Origin: Octopus vulgaris
Taxonomy: Eukaryota
DNA: 64,000 bases
Direction of reading: 5' to 3'
Assembly (NCBI GenBank): GCA_951406725.2
Contig: OX597841.1
Location: 8,184,001 to 8,248,000 of the forward strand
The stretch's first letter is position 1; every line of letters starts with the position of its first letter. The translations under genes were made by a program, and so were the position numbers. Below are positions 38,968 through 52,470 of this stretch, piece by piece. A model generated the notes under the pieces. That model did no database searches. It was not told where the DNA came from and was given only the letters and a program-made list of their open reading frames with translations.

Positions 38968-39941
38968 TATTTACTTAAAGGACACAATACATGTCTTTAA
39001 GTGCTGCTAATAGTTTCATGTGTTGAGAAAACTCCAAAATATTCCTCAGGCACAAACTAATTATCATTACTAAAGAAATTGAATAATTAAAGGAACTCGA
39101 AAAAAACTAAGGCAGCGTGCAGAAAATGCAGACAGTAAACAATGGAAAGCAAAAAACAGAAAATGGAAAGTGGAAAACAGAAACTAGAGTGTAAAAAGGT
39201 CAGAAAAGGTAAAAGAGCTCTCCACCTTAGAGCTTAAATGATAAGGCTGGAAAGATATGAAGTCAGTCAGGAATAGGCAGAAGTCACTACAATCCGAAAT
39301 CATAATACAAGCGATAGGAAGACCTATATTGGATTATGTGAAGGTGAATTGAAAAATCGCTCTGCTAATCACATCAGCTCCTTCCAACAGAGGGACGAAA
39401 GTAAAGCTACTAAGTTGGCTAGCTACGTATGGAGTTTGAAAGATAACGAAACGCCACATGGGATTAAATGGAAGGTAATTGAAAAATCCATATCTTATGT
39501 GAACAGATCGAATAAATATAGACTTTGGCTGAAAGAGCGCAGATCCTGTTCAGATCAGAGATCCCTAACTCTCTATTGAACTCCAGGTCAGAAATTTTCA
39601 GTGGTTGCGTGCATATGTATAAATATATTTTGAAAAATTGGAAAATTCCACCTACCCCTGACCGACTGATGTCTTTCCAGCCTTATCATTTAAGGTCTTA
39701 GGAGGATAACTCTTTTACCTTTTTACTTTTTATTTTTGACATTTTAGTTTTCCATTTTCTCTTCTTTCTCTCGACATTTTCTTCATGCTGTCTTCTCAGT
39801 TTTTTTCGCGTTTCTTCTATTATTCAATTTCTTTAGTTTGTTATGATACGTGGTTTGCACCCAAAGATTATGTTTCAGTTTTCTCAACAGGAAACTATTT
39901 GTAGCACTTTAATACATGAGTTGTAACCTTTAATTGAATAA
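38968..39941 (+). mobile_element. Naiad-like PLE GIY-YIG fragment between ~300-bp inverted arms (38968-39272 / 39657-39941)
   Basis: TYIGLCEGELKNRSANHISSF..TKLASYVWSLK..IKWKVI; arms are reverse complements. Confidence 0.8.
39001..39053 (-). ncRNA. Degenerate hammerhead motif in the left arm of the Naiad-like insertion
   Basis: gugc-CUGAGGA-(imperfect long stem II)-GAAA-CUAUUAG-CA-gcac; the right arm keeps GUA-gcac at 39901. Confidence 0.5.
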
Positions 39942-39999
39942 CATATAACTATATACACATACACATATATATATATAGAGAGAGAGGGAGGGAGGGAGA

Positions 40000-41210
40000 G
40001 TCAATAGCTGAGATCCAGAGCTTCTCACTCTAACAAATTTTATAATCTTATCTTCAGTATTAAATCTCGTAGTAACAACTTCAATTGGTTTCTCATGTGC
40101 AAGTCCAACTCTGTTGTCATCTCAATGAGCAAAGAGACAATGCATTGCTGATTTGCTCTGGGCAGGAGATGACCATCAAGCAAATTTCTGAGTTGGTTAA
40201 TGTGTCGTTAAGCACAGTTTACGACATCAAGAACTATTTGGATAACACCAGAGGTATTCAGAAGAAACTGAAGCAACCAATAACAAGTGAGATCCAGCAT
40301 ACCTGAAGGCCCTCAAATCTAAAATTTCAAAGGATCCAACCACATCTCTGACAAAACTGACAACTGAAATGAAAATTGATACCAAGACTGTTAGAAATAC
40401 TGTTCACTGTGATTGAATCCTGCAACATTTTGTGCCAACTCCAAGACACCCCCTGACCGATTCAATGAAAGTCAGGAAGCTTGAGAGAGCAAAAAAGTGT
40501 TGTGCCTTCCTGAAGAGGTCAGGATCCACTGTGGAAAATAGTTTCTGACGAGAAAATCTTCACTGTGGATTCTGTTGTGAACAGACGAAACGATTGGTTT
40601 ATTGTTGAATCACTATCTCAAGTGAAGGGTGTCTACAGAGCAAAGCATCCTGCTCAGGGGAGGCAGTTGTGGCATCAGATGACAAAAGAAAAACAATGGC
40701 CCAACATTTTTTACATTCTCCTGAGAGAATCGGTGCTGATGTCTATTACAAAGCGTGAAGATAGCATGTCCTGCTTTAGCCTAATTAGCTAATTACCCTA
40801 AACGTAATTATATGTAGATTCAGGATGGAACACCTGCTCATACAGCAAAGGAAGTACAAAAGCAATGAAGGGACAATTTTGCTGATTCGTAGCCCTTCTC
40901 CAGCCCCGACTCGAATCCACTGGACTATTCTAGTTGAGGCACTTTAGAGCAGTCTACCAACAGAGTTTGTCATCTTAGCACTGAACACCTCACGCAGGTT
41001 TTGAAGAAAGAATGGGCCAAATTGCCCAAACTTCAGATGCCATATCCAATTGGTGACAGACAATATTGGGGGTCACATTAGAGCAGACTCTCTATTATTG
41101 GCAGCAATAACTTAAGGATAAATAATCTTGCTTAATGTTGACCCTTCCATCTACAAATAAACATTTCCAAATTCTTTTTGGCTTTTCCAAGTTTTGCTTT
41201 TCTATCCTGT
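40000..41210 (+). mobile_element. Decayed Tc1/mariner-superfamily transposon
   Basis: HTH-like IKQISELVNVSLSTVY; FSDEKIFTVD, QDGTPAHT, SPDSNPLDY. Confidence 0.85.
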
Positions 41211-41452
41211 AAATGTCTGTATGTATATGTATATATGTGTATGTGAGTGTGTGTGTATATATATATATATGCATGTGTACATATCTTATACATATATGTA
41301 TGTATGTATATCTGCATGTATGTGAACATATCTATACATATATATGAGTGTGTATGTGTATACATATATACTTTTATTTTTATTCTTCGGTTTAACAAAG
41401 TTATAAAACGAAGTTATAACATTATTCTCCTATACGTATGTATCTCTCTCTC

Positions 41453-41506
<54 letters not shown>

Positions 41507-41596
41507 AACATACATGTGTGTATAAATAAATGAATATTTGAAGGGCGAAACTGAGATATACACATGTTATATACACGGTGGTGGATTTAGCTTTAC

Positions 41597-41691
41597 CTTG
41601 TTGGTCCACGGAAACCAGCCATCAGTTGACGACGTGGAGACTTTGATTTGAGTAATTCAGTGAAGACAGATGGCGCCACATATGTGAAACC
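41597..41691 (-). CDS. RPS6KB1: p70 S6 kinase exon with hydrophobic motif (GFTYVAPSVFTELLKSKSPRRQLMAGFRGPT)
   Basis: AG/GT boundaries, 95 nt, ends phase 2; FL|GFTYVAPSV = T389 mTORC1 site; SPRR = S411-like. Confidence 0.96.
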
Positions 41692-42134
41692 CTGGAAACA
41701 GTTCAGAAGAAAAAAGAAGAAAATTATTTAAGAACTTGAAGAACAATCAGAGACCAAACCCTTCTTCCCCGCCCTAAAACCCTTTTTCCTCGCATAAAAA
41801 CTGAAATGTATATTTAGGTTTATTCAGACATAGTGTATCTAGGAGAACATCATTTAATGTATCCTTCCTTGTTGTTTAACTCCAGCAAACCTATGATCAT
41901 AGATGTTCCAACTGTGACCATCCTGTCTTCCACTCATTCATTTCCAACTCACCCCACCCTCTCTCTCTCCCACCCCTATATTGTATACACTACCGCCACC
42001 AACACCCTAGTTCCTCCCACAGAAAGCCACGGTTTAAGACCAGCCTTAAATGGGTCAGTCTCTTCGGTTTGAGAGACAATGTCAACAACATCAACACCGA
42101 CCATTATTTAATACCAATAATAATAATAAAAATG

Positions 42135-42855
42135 GTTCCAGATTTTGCCTCAAGGGCAGCAGTCTTGTTGGAAAGGATGAATTGATTTCATTGACCCCAG
42201 TGTTCAACTGGTACTTATTTTATCAACCCCAAAAGGATGAAAGGTAAAGTTAACCTCGGCAGGATTTGAACTCAGAACCTAGCGCCAGGCGAAACACTGC
42301 TAAGCATTTTGTCCAGCACACTAACTACTCTGCCATCTCCCTGCTTCCATAATAATAATAACATTATAATTATAATTATTATTATTATTATTATTATTAT
42401 CCTTTCCACTGGAAGCACAAGGCCTCAAATTTGAGGGAAGGGATTAAGTCGATTGTATTGACCCCAGTGCATAACTGGTACTTATTTAATTGAAAGGATG
42501 AAAGGCAAAGTCAACCACGGCAGAATTTGAACTCAGAATGTAGGGACAAGCAAAATACTGCTAAGCATTTCGCCCAGCACACTAACAATTCTGCCAGCTT
42601 GCTACCTTAATAATAATGATAATAATAATAAAAATAATAATCCTTTCTATTATAGGCTCAAGGCCTGAAATTTGTGGGGAGGGGCCAGTTGATTAGATTG
42701 ACCCCAGTATGCAACTGCTACTTAATTTACCAATCCCGAAAAGATGAAAGGCAAAGTTGATCTCAGCGGAATTTGAACTCAGAATGTAGGGGTGGTTGAA
42801 ATACCACTAGGCATTTCGTCAAGCGTACTAACGATTCTGCCAGCTCACCACCTTA
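42135..42855 (-). mobile_element. Three tandem tRNA-derived SINEs with Nin-like central domain
   Basis: Three repeats of GAGTTCAAATTC..TTTGCCTTTCATCC..AAGTACCAG separated by (TAA)n; single copies near 11545, 17345, 59420. Confidence 0.8.
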
Positions 42856-43392
42856 ATAATATTAATGACCTAAGATTAAGAAACATTCCTCTGAAACACT
42901 CTGGCCAAATACCAGGAAAGCCCCGAGTCGTCTGAAGTACAAATAAATGGCTCTTAGGGACACTGCCAAGGAACTAAGGAAAATATTATCAACCGGAAAT
43001 TACCTGATTCTTTGAAAACTACCAAAAGTGAAATAATTAAGATTTCAGAAAAATCTTGGTTCTTAGGTTGTAGTGTGGTTTGCATAGAATATATGGTTGC
43101 TAACGATAAGAGGCAGAAAGTGTAAAACGTCCAGTTTGCTGTTAGTTGAGGTGTGTGGATGAGGTTTGGAACTGGTCATGTAAAAGCAAACAACAATAAG
43201 GTAAACCTGAAGGTGCCTTGGAGGTTGTTGCCGAAAATCTAAGAATACTTCAACCAAATAAGGAAGGAAGGGAAGGATGAAGGGGGTGGAGGAAGGAAGA
43301 CAAAGACAAACAGACAGACAGATAAGCAGATTGAGAAAGAAAGGATAGACAAACAGAGAGACAGGAAGATAGCCTGGCAGAGAAATCCTTGC

Positions 43393-43500
43393 AGGGAGGC
43401 AAAGAGAATGGCAGAGAGATGGAGACAGAGGGAGGCAAAGAGAATGGCAGAGAGATGGAGACAGAGGGAGGCAAAGAGAATGGCAGAGAGATGGAGACAG
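43393..43500. repeat. 36-bp tandem repeat x3 next to an S6K donor site
   Basis: AGGGAGGCAAAGAGAATGGCAGAGAGATGGAGACAG x3. Confidence 0.95.
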
Positions 43501-43544
43501 ACAGACAGACGTGTAGATAGGGTGGCATGCATGGACATACTAAC

Positions 43545-43652
43545 CAGAAATAACTCGTTTGCACTGTCACTAAGAATGGTGTCATCAGGGGAATCGACAG
43601 GGGTCTGTCTGGTGAATTTACTGTCAAAATGGCTAACATCTTCATCTCCACT
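43545..43652 (-). CDS. RPS6KB1: p70 S6 kinase exon with turn motif (SGDEDVSHFDSKFTRQTPVDSPDDTILSDSANELFL)
   Basis: AG/GT boundaries, 108 nt; FDSKFTRQTPVDSPDD is diagnostic of S6K (S371-equivalent). Confidence 0.97.
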
Positions 43653-43747
43653 CTGGTTAAAAAAGAAACAAAAAACAGGAACATATAGAGTAATATACAC
43701 ACAGCATATATATATAAAAATATACATACATCCACACACATATATAT

Positions 43748-44400
43748 ATAGAGGACGTTTGCATGGAAGGGCAAGAAAACACAACATCCCAGTGAAAAAT
43801 AAAAGCATTTTGAAAACAAAACTGGCCAACTATCAACTAGGTTATGGTTGGGTGATAACAGCTTCTTCAGAGTAGCTTCACTCAGCTTCCATCACGGCCT
43901 CAAGATGGCTCTGGAACCTGGCACATTCGTTCCTTACTATGTTGGCCAAGGTGCTACAGGAAGAGCTGCTGGTGTCTTTCTCGACCGTGCCCCACACATA
44001 GTAACCCATGGGATTACAATTAATTAGGCAGGGCCAAAAACTGGGGCTGGACAAGTCATAAAATTTCTCTGATAACTACTTCTGACTGTTTCCAGGGGGA
44101 TGGCAAAGAGCCAAATCCTTCTGCCACACACACATGGCCTTCCAGTACCAAGCCTCTCCTGCCAGGCTTTGACAATCGTCTCCAGTATGTTTACATTGCT
44201 ATCTAAATTGAGCCTTTAAACCCTTTCCAAAGATGCAGGACATCTCACCCTAACTGGAGATACACCCAGAGCCCATCACAGTTTAGGGGAACTTGGTTTT
44301 CATGATACAAGGGGCATGAAATTGTTTGTAGGCAACAACCCTGCTGTTTCTGGGTGTCATGCAACCTCTCCTGGTAGAAGTTCTTTTCAGCTGAGAAGAG
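43748..44400 (-). mobile_element. Decayed Tc1/mariner-superfamily transposase 3' half
   Basis: Minus strand MKTKFP.TVM, WQ.D.A.CH, FWP..CNPMGYYVWG. Confidence 0.75.
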
Positions 44401-45191
44401 CCAAATTGTCCCCGTTCACTCGGATACTTCAACTTGTTCAGGAACTTCTTTGCGATTCTCCTTGGCCTTCGCTCTTAGAATTTCTCCCTGGCACCTTTTC
44501 TATGAATAGTAGCAAAAGTCCTCATTCAGGGCCAACTCCGGGCAGACCCCGGCACGAGTGCAACACCCTCACCATTAGGCCATGCGCCCTCATATATCTT
44601 TTATCTTTTACTTGTTTCAGTCATTAAGCTGTGGCCAGGCTGGGGCACCACCTTGGATTTTCAGTCAAGTGCTAATTTTTTAAGCTTTGTACTTATTCTA
44701 TTGGTCTCTTTTGTCAAACTGCTAAGTCATGGGGATGTAAACACACCAACAACAGTTGTCAAGCAGTGGTGGTGGGAACAAACACAGACATACGCACATA
44801 TATATGATGGGCTTCTTTCAGTTTCCATCTGCCAAAATCCACTCACAAAGCCTTGGTCGACCTGAGGCTATAGTAAAAGACACTTGCCCAAGGTGCTATG
44901 CAGTGGGCCTGAACCTGGAACCATGTGGTTGGGAAGCAAGGTTCTTACCACACAGCCATGCCTGTGCCTATATAAATATATATGATATCTTATTCGTAAT
45001 GAGATCTTTCAAGAGGTTTTCATCCTGCTCAGCTAACAGAAGCAGCAGCCATCTTCTTGCCAGGCTTTTCAATCGGCCACTGACAAAACGACACTTTTAA
45101 ATAGAAACCCATCTGTTATCTCACATTCATATATCAGGGGTGGTAATTCAGTTGTGTCCCTTCGACCTTTAGCCCTATACTTCCCTCACAG

Positions 45192-45433
45192 CAGTGGTTT
45201 GCAACCAGGGTCCATATGGATTCCCTGTAGGGGCCACAAAAGATTTTGTTGTTAAAAATTTACAGGCAACAAATTGGTTTTGCTTCCACAATCTTTTTTA
45301 AAGCAATTCCTGATAATATCTAATAATAAATATATAATATGATTTTTTAAACATCGGATGGCTAAAAGGGTCGACCAGAGAAAGATAGCAATCAAAAGAG
45401 TCCCTAGGTAAAAAAAAAATGATTGAGAAACAG
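45192..45433. mobile_element. Possible hAT-type MITE
   Basis: CAGTGGTTTGCAACC left end and imperfect ..ATTGAGAAACAG right end. Confidence 0.4.
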
Positions 45434-45850
45434 CCTCCCAAGCAATATTTTAGCCCCCCAAAGTGATTTATAACATTCATCCATCCCTCTATGATGGAAC
45501 GGCTGAACTGGTTATTGCATCTGAACAATATTTCATCTCCCCTCTACCCGAGAGTGGTCGAGTATTCCATAGCTTCTATCTTCATGCAGAAAGACAGTAT
45601 GCAGGTGAAACAAGCTTAGTCTTTGTTTTACAGGTACATTTCTTCCAACGGGCTTCTCCACAGTTTCCAGAGAATTGTGTCCAATTTCTCTGACAAGCTC
45701 ACCACCAATGTTGCACAACGCTTCCCCAAATGCCAGTTAATGGGATTGAACCCAGAAGCACGTAGTTTGCAGCAGAGCGAGCTTCTTAACCACAAAATCA
45801 TTCCCCCTCATTCACACACATCCAAACAAGGAGATCAGACTTCAAATTTA

Positions 45851-46084
<234 letters not shown>

Positions 46085-47543
46085 TCACCTTACTCTCTCT
46101 CTCTCTCCATACTGCCTCGTACTACCACCTTACTTTCAGCCATCCACCCACCTCCAATCACCATACCATCCTGTGATACACAATCATGTTATCACTTCCA
46201 TACCATCACCATACCATCAGCTGGTACCTGGCCATTAATGTCATCACACACCTTGCAGTCGTATTGTAGAGCTAAAGTGAGGAGATATATATGTGTGTGT
46301 GTGTGTGTCCGTGTGTCCTTTGTCTGTAGAATAGTGAAGAATAAAAGTAGAGAAGAGTAGAGAGAGAGAGACCACACACCACACACATGCCTTGGATAGG
46401 AAAGCAGACATAGGACAGTAACATTCCAAGGTGACCTTGTGCATCTCTCAACAACAATACCAATTTCAGCAGAAAAATTGAGGAAAGGCGTGATGAAGCG
46501 AAGTGAAGTAAAATCTACCTCCTGGAAGGAACGTCAGTCCCTCTCAGCCTATCGACAGCATCTAATGCGCGTAGAAGCAGAGGCAAGCATGAACATAGAA
46601 ACACAGATTAGAAAAGGCACTTGTGCATGCATATATGACAGAGCGCAGGTTTTGGGCCGAAGCAATGCAGCATAAGGAATGGTTTGCTTCTGGAAGATCT
46701 TTACAATGCAATACAAGAGATGAGAAGCCAGAGATTTCTCTCTCTCTCTCTCAATAACCTTTTAAGAAATACATTTTCTGCATTGTAACAAGCTTAGCAA
46801 ACACCTGTGTGTGTGTGTGTGTGTGTGTAATTAACATGAAGTCATTATTTTTAAGCAAGATAAAGAATGACAACAGAACAGTGACTGGTTGATGAAACGA
46901 AGTTGCAGTCAACATGAATTCTACAATATCTAACAAAGCTATCCACACACACACATTTATTTGATTGTTTCACAAGATTCCTGATGTGAAATTGTGTGTT
47001 GAAACAGACATTGTTATCCTTGGGGATGGTCATATGTTTGCCAATTAACCAAATGCACTCTTCCCTTCATTCTTATTATTTTCCATCTCAGCTCTTTCCT
47101 CACACATCCTGTGACCTCTTCAGTCACTCTCCATCCCATGTGTCTCCTCTTAAAATATTAATAAACTCAACCGAAAAACAAATTGGCAAAATACGACCAT
47201 TCCCAAGTATATATATATCATCATCATCATCATCATTTAGTGTCTGCTTTCCATGCTGGCATGGGTTGGACAACTTGACTGAAACTGGTAAACAGGAGGG
47301 CTGCACCAGGTTCCAATTTGATTAGGCAGGGTTGCTATGGCTGGATGCCCTTCCTACCTTTTCTCTTATCTTTTACTTCTTTCTCTCACTTGACCACAGC
47401 TAGCACTCATTTTTGTAAAGCCTCCTGTTTATTCTGTCAGTGTCCTTTGCCCCACCGCTAAGTTACAGGGGTGGGTGGTTAAACACACCAACATCAGCTG
47501 TCAAGCAGTAGTGGGGTACAAACACAGACACAACACATACATA

Positions 47544-47586
<43 letters not shown>

Positions 47587-48044
47587 CAGGCTTCCTTCAG
47601 TTTCTGTCTACCAAATCCACTCACAAGGCATTGGACAGCCTGAGGTCATGCAATGGGACTGAACCCACAACCCTGTGGTTGGGAAGCAAGCTTCTTACCA
47701 CACAGCCATGCCTGCACCTATATATAATGTACATATAACGATCAGCATCCTCATCATTGAAGCTCCGTTCTCCCTGCTGGCATGGGTTGGATGGTTCAAT
47801 GAGCTGGCATGTCAGAGGGCTGCACTAAGCTTTACTCTCAGCTTTGCGATGGTTTCTAAAGCTGGATGGCTTTCTTAATGCCAATCACCACAGAGTGGAC
47901 TGGACGCTTTCTACATGGCTTCAGGGTCTCAATTTTACTTAGATGACCAAGTGTGTGCGTGTGTATATATATATACACACACACACACACACATATACAC
48001 TCCCATGGATATACACAAGTACATGGACACATACTTATACATGC

Positions 48045-48079
<35 letters not shown>

Positions 48080-48254
48080 GGAGTAAGTCTAAGGATAAGC
48101 CAAATGCTTGCCCCTACATTTACTCCTCCACCTGTGCTCAGTTGAAACCCCTTGAGCATTACAAAGTATATTCTACACGAAGAATATCTGATTCTCATCA
48201 TACATATGTATGTGTGTGTGTATGGAGTTCTTGGTGCAGAATAATATATTTGAG

Positions 48255-48567
48255 AAAATGAGTAGAGATGGCTTTGTGGGGGAATAATTTTTATTTTAAT
48301 GGTAATGTTTACAGTTACTCCAAAGAGTTTCCAGCTTTTCAATAGCCATTTTCAAACTGAAATTCTGGGGTTTAGAAGGTTGTTTATAGAGCAAAAGATT
48401 TTTTTTTCTTATAAGAATATGAATAGAAAATAAAAAAATATAAAAACTAATATAAAAAATGATATAAAAACAATAATAAAAGAAAACAAAAAGTACAACA
48501 AAAGTGAAAAAGACGAAAAGAAAGAAAAAGGTGGAAAGGAAAAGAGTAAGAGGCTGTATATGTATGA

Positions 48568-48610
<43 letters not shown>

Positions 48611-48813
48611 CGTGTATGCATATGATTGCTTATATATATCTGTGCATATGTGTGTATATATATATATATATATACACACATGTGTATGTGTGTATGCATA
48701 TATGTATATCTATGCGTGTGTATGTGTGTGGATATTTGTCCATATACTTATGTGCATGTGGGTGTATGTGCAAATGTATGTGTGTGTGGATGTCTGTATA
48801 CATGTGTGTAGAG

Positions 48814-48850
<37 letters not shown>

Positions 48851-49260
48851 AGTAAATAAGGACACACCATACCAACTGTGAAAGATGAATAAAATGACCT
48901 CAAATCAAAAGATTCACAAAGGTCATCTTCTGACAAGAACCCAACATCTTTGACCACTCCTAAGAATATTCCGTTCCTTTATTCCTCATAGACTAATCTC
49001 TTCTCCCCTACCATTTCCAGCTACTTTTTGTCTTCTTCCTCTTACTCTTTACCTTTTATCATTGCTTTTATATTTTTTGTTTTCCGTTTTAGTTTTTAGT
49101 TTTTTATTTACATACTTGTTAGAAAAAAAATCAATTGCTATATAAGCAACCTTCTAAACCCCAGAATTTCAGTTTGAAAAGCCTGAAACTCTTTAGAGTA
49201 ACTGTAAACATTACCATTAAAATAAAAATTATTCCCCTCCAAAAACGATCTCTACTCATT
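48255..49260. repeat. Inverted repeat pair (~48255-48410 / 49120-49260) carrying hammerhead motifs
   Basis: Arms are reverse complements, e.g. GAAATTCTGGGGTTTAGAAGGTTG / CAACCTTCTAAACCCCAGAATTTC. Confidence 0.85.
48312..48359 (-). ncRNA. Type-I hammerhead motif, UUGAAAA core
   Basis: cagu-UUGAAAA-UGGCU-auugaaa-AGCUG-GAAA-CUC-uuug-GAG-UA-acug; inverted copy at 49170-49204 has lost stem II. Confidence 0.6.
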
Positions 49261-49474
49261 TATATATAATTATATATATGTGCAGGTGGAACGTAAAAAG
49301 CACCCACTACACTCACGGAGTGGTTGGCGTTAGGAAGGGCATCCAGCTGTAGAAACATTGCCAGATAAGACTGGAGTCTGGTGCAGCCTTCTGGCTTCCC
49401 AGATCCCCGGTCGAACCGTCCAACCCATGCTAGCATGGAGAGCGGACGTTAAACGATGATGATGATGATGATGA

Positions 49475-49511
<37 letters not shown>

Positions 49512-50505
49512 TATATAAACACATACATGTATGCATGTGTGTTTGATTTCATACTCTCTTGTCTCATGGGTGTTAGCTGATTTGTAACCCCTCCTCCACC
49601 CGATGATCATATGTGTTGGTGCTATCCTCCAGTCAACCGTAAAAGAACATCAAGGGTTTCGGCAACATCTGAACATGTTGAGCAATCATTGCAAACAAAC
49701 AACGAAAGAGAAAAACTGTCTCACGATCTTGCCTGGCTTGGTTCATTGTTTGAAAAGCCAAGGGTATTCTCATGCCATTAGGACATAGGTGAAGCTTGGC
49801 AACAAGAAGTGCATCTGGCCAGAGAGAAACGACCCTTAGGGGATTGCATCTGACCCATGCAAATATGGAAAAGTAAATGACTCAAGAGGGATTTCACTGC
49901 CATTTCTAGCTGAATCATGTGACTACATCGAAGCTCCTTTGCTGAGGTGTTTTGTCATTGTAAGCCCAGGTGTGCCATGCTTGACAAGATCCAGAATCAG
50001 ACATTCCAGCCATGAACATCTCATCTTTTTTGTCGAGCATAGTGTAGCTTAGACTCCATATGTTAAAGTGTTCTACGTTGTTAAGGAGGGAATTAGATGG
50101 AGTGTTGCTGCTACTGCTAGCAAATCAATCCCCTACGCAGACCCCTGCTCAGTGCTTATTGTGTACGTGCAAGCTTGTCAATAGAGGTGCAAAGTGGTGC
50201 AGATGAGGTTGCAGAAGCCGACTGAAAGAAGACAAACAGTGCACCCACCTTTATGGGCGTGGCATCGTTACGCTCCAGAGAGTTCCGCTTCAAGTGCTAA
50301 AAAGAATGGAAGGAGAGGGAGAGAAAGAGAGAGAGAGGGAGAGAAAGAAAGAAAGAGCGTGATAGATTTAGAAAAACTGTTTTAAAACTCATAAATTTCA
50401 TGAATTATGTGTGTGTGTGTGTGTGTGTGGGTGTGTATGTTTAGAAGTTAAATTAAATCAGAAACTATACAGACACACAAACGCACATGTATGTGTGTGT
50501 GTGTA

Positions 50506-50548
<43 letters not shown>

Positions 50549-50748
50549 ATACATACATACAAATGCATACACATATATATATTTACATATACATACATAT
50601 ACACATATATATACATATACACATATATATTTACAGTAAATTCAGGGCGAATACTTGATAAGTGTAAGCACCTGTATATGCCAGGTGGTAGCAGAGGTGA
50701 GAGGACATATGTATCAAATGAAATAAAAAACAGGACACAAAGGATGTC

Positions 50749-50840
50749 GCGGTACACGTGTTTCAAGCTTTATAAAACAACTTATTCTTACATCAATGTA
50801 TAATCGACATAACAGATGGTTTAAAGCTCTCTTCAGCCGC
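50749..50840 (-). ncRNA. Type-I hammerhead motif with canonical core and long stem II loop
   Basis: gcgg-CUGAAGA-GAGC-(~57 nt)-GCUU-GAAA-CACGUG-UA-ccgc. Confidence 0.75.
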
Positions 50841-51149
50841 ATACAATTGCTACACCAAAGACCTGTATCACATTATGAAAAGTCCGAAAAGGAACATTTG
50901 CTATTATCTATAATGGTAGGTATATTGAGTTTCACTGGGAAAATATGTTTGTAAATCTTCATAATCAAATAGGTGTGCAGGGTATTATTGGACTTTGAAA
51001 ATCCGTCCATACTGTATCATCAGTCAATATAGAGTGAATGTTGAGTAGATTCCGGGCTTTTCATAATGTGATACAGGTCTTTGGTGTAGCAATTGCATGC
51101 GGCTGAAGAGAGCTTTAAACCATCTGTTATGTTGATTATACATTTGCCA

Positions 51150-52470
51150 GACAATTGCCATCCGAAGAAAATGAGGCAGTGAAAGGGGAAGATGGAGAAG
51201 AGCTAAAACTTTGGAATTTATTGATGAGATGAAAGAAATGAGGAAGAGAAAAGATTGGGTAAAAATGAAACACAGTTGCCAAATGGCCAGAAACAAGTGG
51301 AAAGCTGCTGAAGTATTAGAAAGAAAAAGGGCGCAGGAGAGATAAGAAGACATTGGATAGGAAAGGAAGATGGGTGGAGGCGAGGAAAGAGCAAATGGAA
51401 ATGCTACCAGGAGACCTATCATGAAGTGCAAGATTTGAATGGTCCAGAGGCAATACAAGTTGGTGAAAGACAAGAATGGAGGAAGTGTGAAAGAGCTTGA
51501 ATCATCTGGTACCATTACAGAAGCTGACCAGGTGGCATTAGAGTTTGGAGTTAGCAGGGTCCCTATTGGTGGAGACGAAGTCATCCAGGCTCTCACAACA
51601 TTTGAAAGGCCAGGACTGGATTATATCTCAAATGAACTGCTAAAGAACGGCTGGAGGAAATGCTGGCAAGATACAAGAGCTAAGCAATTTGTGTGATGCC
51701 TGTTGGGAAAACAGAGCAGAACCAGAAGAGTAGATAACGAGTGTCATAGGTGCCAAAGAAAGGTAAACTCAACAAGTGCAGCAACTTCACCTTTTGTTTG
51801 ATGTTGGTGTCCGGCAGGGTCTTCTGCTCAGTCCTGCTACAATGTTTGAAGGAAGCACAGGATGAACCATTCAAAGAAGAGCAAGCAGGATTCCAGGCTG
51901 GAAGATCATGCATCAAACAGATGTTTGTACTGCAAAACTCTGTCGAGAAATGCATAGAATTCCAGCCACCACTGGTCATTGAATCGATTTCTAAAAAAAC
52001 CTTTACAAGAGAAATGCTGGGCTGCACTGGCAAGGCATTTACTATACCTCCATCCTTAAGGGTCTGTACACCAACTGAAGCTGCAGTGAGAGAACTGAAA
52101 GCGGGAACAGAATTCTCCAACATCATCACAGGAGTGAGACAAGGTTGTCTCCTGTCATCTCTGCTGTTTCTTCTAGTTATAGGCTTTTGTCTTGTGAGCC
52201 ATAAATGGACTGTTTGCATGAATGCAGTGGACTGTGGGTAGACCCCTAACAAATCTGGTCTATACCAATGTCATTGTGCTCCTTTCAGGGTCCAGTACTC
52301 CAACAAATGACAACTAGAGTGTATGAGGAGGCAACAAGTGCAGATTTAAGAATCACCTCCAAGAAAACCAAGGTGGGCCAGGAGGGACGCAGATTTGTGT
52401 GAATCAAGGATCCATACTGAAGATGGCACCAACGAAAACCTACCTGGGCAACATGATTCCATGAATCTGA
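51150..52470 (+). mobile_element. Old RTE/BovB-like LINE relic
   Basis: PGLD.I..ELLK, PKKG.L..C.N, EEQAGF.AGRSC, TGVRQGCLLS.LLF. Confidence 0.75.
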
